Shown here: piece by piece, positions 12,210-21,539 of the stretch
How positions within the stretch are numbered: the stretch's first letter is position 1
How the letters are laid out: each line of letters opens with the position of its first letter
Program-made: the position numbers and the translations under genes
Assembly (NCBI GenBank): GCA_964035575.1
Contig: OZ037842.1
Location: forward strand, 1,488,001-1,552,000
Length of the DNA: 64,000 bases
Reading direction: 5' to 3'
DNA from: Rhynchopus sp. YZ270_cl-10
Lineage: Eukaryota
The notes under the pieces: model-generated
What the model was told of the DNA's origin: nothing
Databases searched by the model: none
Seen by the model: only the letters and a program-made list of their open reading frames with translations

Positions 12210-12610
12210 ACTAATTTTTTTTTGGAGCAAAAAAAAACCCCCCCCATCACCCCCTCCCCGCGATAGAAGCTCTTGAACGCCTTGCCTCATAAGAGCTTCG
12301 CTATAAAAAAAAACCCCACAAGGCAGCCGTGTTTATTTTTTATAAATCAAAAAGTTTTTGCTTTTTTTTGGATTTTTTTTTAACCCTCGCCATATCGCTC
12401 ACCTTTAAACCCAAAGACAAGAGTTCGTTTGTTGTTTTTTGTTGATGACATATTTGATGCTGATCAGTGCCTGCGTCTGGTGGGGCGTTTGTACTGTCAT
12501 CTCCTCTTTTTGTTGTTATTCTTTCTTTTGTATTGAATCACTTTGATGTCTGTCTGCACTGAAGCACAGTCGTCATTCTTTTTTGAGGGTTGCAAAAAAT
12601 AAAAAAAAAC

Positions 12611-12680
12611 AGTGGAGATTGCACAACTGTGGCAACACAACCGAGGCAACTACACTTCTCCAACAACTTATCAAAAAAAA
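12611..12680 (+). repeat. Hairpin repeat family C (variant of B). Other copies: 26836-26906, 54221-54280
   Basis: AGTGGAG(A)TTG..GCAACT(A/G)(C/T)AC..TCCAA(C/T)AA(C/T)TT(A/G)TCAAAAAA. Confidence 0.8.
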
Positions 12681-13227
12681 GCAAAAATATGATCCCTTTT
12701 TTTGGGGCATTTGAAGAGGGCTTTGAAAAACAATAAAAAAGTTTTGAGCACAGAACCCTTTTGGTGATATTGTCAACAAGAACAGGAGTGCATCCATTTT
12801 TCAATACAAATTGGTTTTTCTGCACTGTTTTCTTTTTAAAAAAAAATGTTTGGTAAGAGTCTTCATTGAGACTCCAAGGGAAACGAAATGTTCGTATAAA
12901 GGGGGTGGGAAGGGAATACATTCCAACATATTTCTCCAATAAAAAAGAAATATTGGAGGATGGGATGGGAGGGGGGGTTTGGGGTTTGGGTTGATTCAGC
13001 ACTTTTCTTAATTTTTTTTCAAATCACAATTTTTTTTTTTCAAAATAAAGAAGGCGATCGGATACGTCTAAAAGGGATAAAGCAAAAGGGGGATGATAAC
13101 GCACTTTCAAAAAAAAAACTGTTGGGGCTGAAAGCAACAATATTATAAGAAAACCTAGGGTTGGGATCATGTTCTGCTACCTACTTAAACAACCGATGTT
13201 ATCGTACAGGACTGAACCTGTCTATTA

Positions 13228-14634
13228 CAGTGTGTCGCAGAATTAATGGCACCTGGGAATAATTTTGGGAAATAGGCAAAATTTGACAAAGTACATGATA
13301 TTTTCACCAGGTTGTTCCTAAAAAGTGTGCGGGGGGGCGTAAACATATTAATATGGACTACTAATTAATGGCAATATGGCCCTTTTTGGAAAAAGGGTGA
13401 ATGTGTCAAAGGTGTAAATGGGGAGCAGGCACTAAAAATATAGATGTAGCCATTGGGTGCACAAAAATAAATAGAGCATGCATTAATATTTTGTGTGCAT
13501 CCCTTTGGATTGGGAAACTGCCTCTAGGCGTCGTGGCATTGACTCGATGTAACGTGCAACGAAGCTAGTGTCCATCTTTGACCATTCTTTTTTAATGGCA
13601 CGTTTAAGTGTCGCCACGTCTTGGGGGTCCCTTTCGTTGACTGCAAACTGCAGTTTGGCCCACAGGTTCTCAATAGGATTCAGATCAGGGGAGTTGCCTG
13701 GCCAGTCTGCTTTAGGGAGGAACGAGAAAGGCTGGGTGGAGAGGAAGTCTTGAGTAGCGTTGGCAGTGTGGCAAGGAGCCCCATCCTGCTGAAAGAAGTA
13801 GCTGCTGTCAGGAAGGAGTTCTTTTATTTCTTTCAGGGCTTTCTGCAGTAGTCCCCTGTACTTCTCAGACGTAAGTGACCCCTCGTAAAAATAGAGTTGT
13901 GTCTTACCTCTAGTTGTGATCCCACCCCATACGTGAACCTTCTGGGTAGCCCTGACCTTACTAACGGTTGGAGGCGGCTCGTCACCCTCTGCAAGCCAGA
14001 CAACATCATTTTTCTTACTAACCCTGGGAAAAAGCCAAAAGTCCTTCTCATCGGTGAACATCACCTTTGACCAGTCTGTGTTTTGGTGTGCCTTTGCAAA
14101 GGCTTTCCTGGCAGTGATGTTTTTTTCTGAGAGCTTTGGCTTGCTCTTTGTTTGAACGGGCTTTAGCCCCTTGTCCTTCAGACACCTGTGGACACTGTCC
14201 TTGGAGATCTTCAATCTCGCAGCAATTTTCCTGCAAGACTGAAACCGCTTGCCCCGACTCTGCTTCACCACCTTGTTCTGAATCTTGGGGGTGGTCGTTG
14301 ATCTCTTGCGCCCCCTCCCAGGCTTATCCGCAAAGTTCCGCTCACCAGCTCTGTACTCACCCACCTGGCCAAGCTCCTCTTAGACACATTTAACAACTCC
14401 ACCACCTCCGCGTGGCTCTTCCCACCAACAACGACCAGTGACGCTGCCTGTAATCGCCGTCCTTCTGTCGTTGCCTCTGGGTTCACCACACGTCCTTTCA
14501 CCATTAAATTTTCACTTTTCTCGTATTCCTGGACGTAAATTGGATGTTTTTTGAGGGGTTTTGAAAATGTGTTTGTCAAAATTTGCCCTTTTTATTTAAT
14601 TGTGGTCAAGTGCCATTAATTCTGCGACACACTG
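13228..14634 (-). mobile_element. Full-length Tc1-like (IS630-Tc1-mariner) transposon, 1407 bp, DD37E type
   Basis: Perfect 25-bp TIR CAGTGTGTCGCAGAATTAATGGCAC, TA TSD on both sides, transposase inside. Confidence 0.95.
13483..14504 (-). pseudogene. Tc1-like transposase with one frameshift near 14358
   Basis: The N-terminal HTH (ATG 14504, ..EVVELLNVSKRSLARWV) is in a different frame from GRGRKR..VMFTDEK..FQQDGAPCH..WPGNSPDLNPIENLW. Adding 1 nt restores a 340-aa protein. Confidence 0.85.
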
Positions 14635-14877
14635 TATTGATGGTGTTCCCTATGAGGTACGTTGTTCAATTGACTTTTTTTTTTTTTGTTTTTTTATTTT
14701 TCTGTTTGTCCTGCAATCCGCTAAGGGTGGTCTGCAAAAAGCCGAATATGTAAACGGGTTTGCTAAAAAGAGAAAAATTCACTAAAAAAAACCTCATTTC
14801 CCCCCGATTTTCGAACCTATCTTGCTGTTCGATGGGGGAGAAGGGAAGAGAACAAAAGAGAGTGTGCAACACATTAG

Positions 14878-14999
14878 TCGTTCACTCACCCCAACCGTGC
14901 TCCGCAACATCAGCACCCAAACAGGTGAGATATGGTGTGTGTAGAAGCGTCAACACATCAAACAACTACGATGGGGGTGAGGGAACGACAAATGACACT
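14878..14999 (+). repeat. About 120-bp hairpin repeat; second copy at 38850-38970
   Basis: GTCGTTCACTCACCC...GGGGTGAGGGAACGAC closing stem, followed by TGACACT in both copies. Confidence 0.8.
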
Positions 15000-15911
15000 A
15001 TTTACATTATTCTGTCCTTTACCAAAAAAAAATTATTCTGAGCCATGCTTCCCTCCAGCTCCCTAGGAAAAAAGAACGCTATTTTTTCACAATATATAAG
15101 AACAAATGTCTGACCTCTTTCAAGATGTATGAGGTAACCTTAGGTTATTAAAATAATTTTTGTTTTGTTTTTACAATGGGGGTAGGGGAGAAAGGAGGGG
15201 AGGGGAGAGGGGGAGAAGGCATGAAGAAAAAATATCTTTCGCGCTCTATCTGATAGAGTAGTGATAAGCATCGCAAGACATCCGCTCCTCACCCTAACCC
15301 TCCACCCTTATTAATATATGCTCTTCTCCTCAAGAAAGTGTATGCATTTTTAAAAAGCTAAAGCGTATTTCAAAGAGAAAAAAAAAATGAGGGCCTAGAA
15401 AGAGATAAGGTCGCGAAGGAAGTAGGTTTCTGAGATTTAAAAAAAAAAAAAACAAAAGCAGAGTAAAATTTAAATTAAATTAAAATAAAGGGAAACGCAC
15501 CTCAAAAAAAAAAAAACTATCCCCTTTTCCACTCTCCCCCCCCAAAAAAAAAAGACCAATTCAAAAAAAAAGGCACTCACAATTTTTCCGTAATTATTCA
15601 GATAATTTTAATCTCGTTGGATTTTTTTTTTTTTTTTTGTAATGCTTATTCCATACAATCCGCTCTTCAAAAAGCAGTGGGTAAGTAAACACTGTCTAAC
15701 TCATCCAAACTTTTCTCATTAATGGTGCTCCGGGAGGGGTCCATGTTGACAGGTCACTGACACGATTTCCGAAAGCACCAATTAGGCTGTCTTCGCTTCC
15801 AAAATCTCTGATTGCTTTCATCCCACCCCTCCTCTCCTCTCTTTCCACTTCACCCATCACAGCACACGAAACACACGAAACAGTACACATACGACTCACG
15901 AAGGCTTTAGG

Positions 15912-17348
15912 ATGGACACTGTGATGAAGGAAGAGGAGGAGGAGCATCCCATGCAGCTAAGGTACAACGATGCGAACGAGCGCAACGACGTCGAGGAGCT
16001 GCGTAAGATCATGCTCTTCCAGACTGCAGGCGTCGACCAAAAGGAGGTAAAGGCCATGGAAAGCGCTGTCTTCGCGCTCGGACGCCTCTATCTGGGAGAG
16101 ATCCCAAAGCTGAAGCAGCTGCTCTTAGATGTGAGACCGTTCTTCCAAATTATTGCGAAGGCAAGAACCGCGAGAATCGTACGCAAGCTGTTCGACCTCA
16201 TCTCAACCAGCAAGATGTCCCTCGAAGACCAGGTGGCGCTGGTGGAGGACTTCATTGAGTGGGCAAAGGTGGAGAAGCGTTCGTACCTGAGACAGCGTCT
16301 GCAGACACGCTATGGGGAGCTGAAGTTCAAGCTAGGAAAGTGCTCGGAGGCTGTGGCAGTGGTGTCGCAGTTGGTGCGTGAGGTGCGCAAGATTGACGAC
16401 AAAGGCATGCTTGTGGATGTTCACGTCCTCGAGTCGCGTTTGTACTACGCACTGCGCAACTACTCGAAGGCCAAGGCAGGCCTCATAGCGGCCCGCACTG
16501 CTGCGCACTCCATCTACGTCGCGCCGCTTACCCAGGCAGAGATTGACCACCAGTCCGGTGTTATCTCTGCACAGGAGCACGACTTCAAGGTCGCCTACTC
16601 ATATTTCTACGAAGCATTCGAAGGCTACCACAACAGCGGGGAGCATGCCGACATGGCAGAAGTCTGCCTCAAATACATGTTGATGGCGAAGGTATGAGGG
16701 GAATGGTGAGGTTAAACTCATCCATCATTTAAAACAAAACAAAAAACACAGATTCTGGACGGATGCATCTCCGATATCGGGCAGATTATGCAGCAAAAAT
16801 CTGTCTTGAAATACAAGGATCTGGACACTGTCACTGCGATGCGTGAGATTGCGGACACCTACCTCTCGCGGGACCTGCACGCCTTCAACCAGATCCGCGC
16901 AAAACACGTTAAGGTGCTTGAGGGGGACGAGATCGCGACGATTCACTTGAACGACCTGTACAATAAGCTTCTGGAACAGCATTTGCTGCGTGTGGTGGAA
17001 CCGTTTGAGAGGGTGGAAGTGTCGCACATTGCAAAGCAGATCAACTTGGACACCAAGCTCATTGAGACGAAGCTCTCGCAAATGATCCTTGACGACAAGC
17101 TCAAGGGCATTCTTGACCAGTCTGACCAATGTCTCATCGTCTATCCAGCTGATGCATCGGACGCTCTCTACCCAGACGCCATGGAAGCATTCGAAGGCCT
17201 TCACAAAGTCATCGACGCACTCTTCGACAAGTGCGCAGGAAAATTCCTCCCCAAAAAAGAAGAAAAAAAAGACGACGAAAAGAAAGACGAAAAGAAGGAC
17301 GACGACAAGGATGAGAAGAAGGACGACGAGAAGAAGGAGAAGAAGTAG
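15912..17348 (+). CDS. RPN6: 26S proteasome lid subunit Rpn6/PSMD11, about 458 aa; join(15912..16691,16752..17348)
   Basis: Motifs AKARTARIVRKL, EKRSYLRQRL, KVAYSYFYEAFEGY, LKYMLMAK, LLEQHLLRVVEPF, KLSQMILDDKLKGILDQ (PCI domain). One 60-nt phase-0 intron GTATGA..ACACAG. Confidence 0.95.
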
Positions 17349-19064
17349 AATTGTTTTTTTTTTTGTGGGGATTCCGATTATAATGAAAAAAATGTAAAAA
17401 GGGAAGGGCGTGTGTTACACTACACCCTCTACGCTTTTCTGTTCTCCTGAATTGAAAGTATATTTTAAAAACAAAATGTGTACTTTTAGTACGCCCTCTC
17501 GTGCTTTCTTCTGTGAATAGAAAGTCTACGACATTAAAATGTGTCTTTTTGGCACATCGTAATACCATAAAAAGAGGGGAAAACGCGAGAAAGGTGTAGA
17601 GGTGTAGGTGGACCTCTGCATTAAGTTAGACGATTGCGGCTGGGGGGCGGGAGTGAATGTTGGTATTTTGCTTCCTTGAGAAAAAAATAATAAAATAAAC
17701 GTGGAGCACAATGCGCAACCGTCCTCTCGTAATAGTTCTGCTAGAATTGCTATTTTTATCTGTGTGCTCTTCTTTTTTTTCTCCCTCAACCACTAGCCCA
17801 ATTCACACAAAAAAAAAAAAGTAAAAAAGAATTCTTGTCGCTGTTTAACGGGTGTGTTCCCGTGTTTCGTCTAGTTGTGGGGTATTTTCACACCGAACGT
17901 AGTTATAGTGGAGCACATCCTCGGGTGTGTCTACACTAATACAACCAAGTTTTCAAAAAAAAAGAAAAGCAAAAAGCAACACTAACATAGGGCTTCCAAC
18001 ATTTTTTTTTTTTTCAAGCTCTGTTGTGCCGCAACAGAACTTTATTTATAAACTAGCAGCGGGGATGAATAAACTGGAAAACGATGGTTTTTGACCAATG
18101 CAAAACAAAAAAACAAAAAAGCACATAAAATACACCACAAATTGGAGTGGGGTTTTTACCGTTTTTACCCGAGGGTATATTTTTCTAAAAAATAAGGGTA
18201 TGTGTGGGGGCGGGAGGGGGGGTCTTTAAAATTGGTTTCAAAGAACAAAATGAAAACGAGGGGTAGGTGCAGGCGCTCACCTTTAAAACTGCGCTTTTGA
18301 AACTAGTTTTCATATTTTTTTAAATAAGGATGTCTGTCATCTTTGGGGGGTACCTTTTTATTTCCAATTTTGTATTTTATCTCCCTTTTTAACACTAACA
18401 CTAAAACCAAAAAACAAAACAAAGAGCAACAAGAAGAAAACAAAGTAAAAAAGCAAAATAAACGGGGTAGGGGAGGCGTCGGTAAATCCTGCGTTTTTTT
18501 TTTACAACTAAAAATAGCTTTCCCCAATCTTTTTCTCTTTTTTTGATACCCCACTCCAGAGTTGTCACAACTCGGTAACTCACATTCCACTTGCTGCAGG
18601 CCCGTCTATTCAGAGAGCGTCTTCTATAGCAGTGCTGAAACCGTACTTCGAGACGTGAGATCCACAAAGTGCATGTGTTCGTGCAGAATGTTGCAGCCTT
18701 CGTCTGACACTAGCCCTTCTCATATCTCAACTGGCGCCGCCTCAAGCAATGCGAGGTTCATTCTTCTGCTTCTTTCTTTCTTCTGTTGCGGCACTTTTTG
18801 GCGGGGAAGGGGTCGCCCACCTCAGCCTCATCGGGTCCACCGGTGGTTCTTCCGCCTTGAGACCTCCACACCAAGAGCCTTGCATACATGGAGGGTATTC
18901 AATCAAATCTGATGTATAGTATGATATGTCATAGGAGCGGAGCGCTTTTCACATCGATCTATTTGCACTTCCAACTTTCCACTTTTTTGTTTAATTTTTT
19001 TTCGCAATGTTTGTTTTACAGAGATACACAAAAACGCCCAAAAACTTTGGGGGTACAAAAAAAA

Positions 19065-21092
19065 ATGGGAACCGGAGAAAAGCGGGTTGTCAAGAAAACT
19101 ATTAAAAAGGTGGTCAAACGGACGAAGCGTGCTGCAGGCTCTGCAGCGTCCACCACCACCACTTCAGCGGCACCTGCCGTGCGGAAGGGGCTTCTGGATG
19201 GGTTGATACCTGCTGGGGGGAAGGCGGTGGTTCAGAATGTTAAAACTGTGAAATCACCGTCAAAGTCGCCCACAGGTTCTCCTGCGGTGGTGCCGAGGGT
19301 GGCAAGGAAGTCAAACTCACCGATAAGCTCTCCTGTTGTGATGCCTAGGGTGGCAAGGAAGTCGAGATCGAAATCAAAATCAAAATCAAAATCCCGCAGC
19401 CCGCACCTCGCCGCGATGCCTGCCCCGCTCAAGGAGTCGACTGCAGTGTTCCCGGACGACGCCGACATCACCCAACAAATTTTACAATACCGCTGCGAAC
19501 GCCCTGTGTCGATTCTCGACGTCGGCCACTTCCCTCGCGCAGACAGCATGAGTCTCGATTCAGACCGCTCCTCAGCCTCCGACTCCGACTCCGATGTGGA
19601 GGCGCCTGCCATTGGCTCTACCACCAACCGAAACGTTCTCAACTCTTTTATCGAAAAAAAAAGCGAATTCTATGTCGAGCCCGAAGTAGTCGAGAGCACG
19701 CGGGGCGACATGGAGTCAGTTCACACCTTACTTTCTGAGGCAAAATCCGAGAAGCCGAAACCTGCACCAGGAATTGACCCCCACGGAGAAGACGGGCTCG
19801 CACCCTACATGGGGTTCATTGAAGACGACGGCGATGAGGGGATGGAGTTCAACCTACAGGACCTCCCCGTTGGCGAACGCAACCCAATCTGGATCGGTGC
19901 ACATGGTGCCGACATGGTCTTCAAAACGAGCCGTCTCATCTCTCTAAACTGGGATATTCTTCGTTTCATGCAGTACCACGGAATATCTAAAGCAAACAAA
20001 AAGACTGCCCGTACCCTCGGCAAAAACTCTCTAGCAATTGTCACCCAAGCTATCGAAGATAACTGGTCTGCTCTTACCTATTCAGACCCGACCTCTACGT
20101 TGCCCGCTGCCGATTCCTCGAGGGCGTCGTACAGTATTGAAGGGGAGTTGGTAGGGTCGTTGTCTACCCGCCTTGCACGGAATGGATCCGATGTTAACAT
20201 CTGCCTTTTTTTGAAGCCAGAGAAAAAGGCTGCAGGGAAAGCTCCTTTGCTCATCGACGTTGCAGGACTGAAGGATATCCTCAAGAAAACGCTAGAGGAA
20301 GCAAAGGAAGGAGAAGAAGACCCAAAACTCAAAGTCGCAAACAGCGCTGCCAGGTCGGAAGGGTTGCGTTCATTTAACGACTTTGGGGTGTATCTCCGGG
20401 GTGAGGCGGCTCATGGCGAAACTCTGATCACCCCCCTTACCCTTTCTCATCTCGAGCTTGGCACCAAAATCGTCTTTTTCGTGAATGATGTCAATCGGTT
20501 TACTCCAAAAACCGCGGATTTTATCTCCAAAAAACACAATCAATACAAAGAAAAGCTGGAGTCTCTTGTTCTCGTCACCTCTGAACTGATTCGGCAGAGG
20601 GGGATGCACGGAGTTCCTCGCACTTATGAGGTTGCGTTGATGGCGATCTCCTTTTTGAACCACAAAAGCGCTATTGGGTATTCAAGCAAAGGAGACCACA
20701 GCGTTGCAGCATTGTTTGTGGACTTTTTGTCGTATTTGACGTGGCGGTTCAACTCCTATGCAGTCGCATTGAATCCGCATGACCTATCTGGACGGTCTGT
20801 CAAAAAAGAATCAATCCAAATCGCAAAAAACCAACATCTCCACATCATCGACCCCATCTCCGGACGCAATGCCGCCTGGAAATGTTACAATTGGGTAGCA
20901 ATCCGCGAGGTCCTCGAAAACGCTCTTCACATGCTAACAGGCCTGACAGATGAAGTGCACGACTTTGTCGGAACCGACATTGCTGCAGCAGGCCTTGCCG
21001 AAAACGCCATGAACCTCCACTCGGCGCACCCATCAGCGCTCAGCCGCCCAACCCTCCTTTCAAGGGTAATTCTATCGTCGAAGTTAAAATGA
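19065..21092 (+). CDS. Trf4/Cid1-like non-canonical poly(A) polymerase-fold protein (675 aa), catalytic residues degenerate
   Basis: LVGSLSTRLARNGSDVNICL aligns by eye to the Pol-beta NTase hGS-x9-SDhDh motif. LHIIDPISGRNAA resembles the PAP-associated motif. ATG 19065 follows a pyrimidine tract and TTACAG. Confidence 0.65.
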   Translation: MGTGEKRVVKKTIKKVVKRTKRAAGSAASTTTTSAAPAVRKGLLDGLIPAGGKAVVQNVKTVKSPSKSPTGSPAVVPRVARKSNSPISSPVVMPRVARKSRSKSKSKSKSRSPHLAAMPAPLKESTAVFPDDADITQQILQYRCERPVSILDVGHFPRADSMSLDSDRSSASDSDSDVEAPAIGSTTNRNVLNSFIEKKSEFYVEPEVVESTRGDMESVHTLLSEAKSEKPKPAPGIDPHGEDGLAPYMGFIEDDGDEGMEFNLQDLPVGERNPIWIGAHGADMVFKTSRLISLNWDILRFMQYHGISKANKKTARTLGKNSLAIVTQAIEDNWSALTYSDPTSTLPAADSSRASYSIEGELVGSLSTRLARNGSDVNICLFLKPEKKAAGKAPLLIDVAGLKDILKKTLEEAKEGEEDPKLKVANSAARSEGLRSFNDFGVYLRGEAAHGETLITPLTLSHLELGTKIVFFVNDVNRFTPKTADFISKKHNQYKEKLESLVLVTSELIRQRGMHGVPRTYEVALMAISFLNHKSAIGYSSKGDHSVAALFVDFLSYLTWRFNSYAVALNPHDLSGRSVKKESIQIAKNQHLHIIDPISGRNAAWKCYNWVAIREVLENALHMLTGLTDEVHDFVGTDIAAAGLAENAMNLHSAHPSALSRPTLLSRVILSSKLK

Positions 21093-21539
21093 TCAAAGGG
21101 AATCAGGGGAGGCGGGGGGGTGGGAGATTTATCATTACGAATAAAAAAGGGGGGGTTTTTAAGCATTCGACGTGCGCTTGTACAGCATTTCGCTGTCTGG
21201 CATAATGTGGTCAATGGAGTCTGCGAGGTGTACACTTGAAGCCCTGTCCTGTGCATACCTTGTTGTTGTATTATTTGAGTGGTACATTGAATAGAACAAT
21301 GTGTGATTCTATCATTGAATACAGCTGAGCAGTTTTCGCACGTCACTCTATCTCCCGTCTCTGGACGGCCGGTCCTCCTCATGGTGCAAAACCCAATTCT
21401 TCCTTCCAGTCGTTTTACTATATGGCAGTACAGTGTTCCTGCTCCTTGCACTGCTTCATCATTTCATCCATCTCATTCACATTATATGCCGTAATTCTAC
21501 CATATATTATCTTTTTTTTTCAAACCTCACCACTCAGGG

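Noticed and set aside
17906..17938. TAGTG..CACTA in family B as CACTA transposon ends
   Set aside because: The orientation is the reverse of CACTA..TAGTG termini, and conserved sequence continues asymmetrically on the 3' side.
18560..18900. Coding-like minus-strand stretch
   Set aside because: Several stops in the frame I read and no identifiable homology.
18888..19064. N-terminal extensions in the ORF track (also 25706, 54916, 57574)
   Set aside because: They start at non-ATG or upstream codons and run through pyrimidine tract and acceptor sequence; the downstream ATG is preferred.
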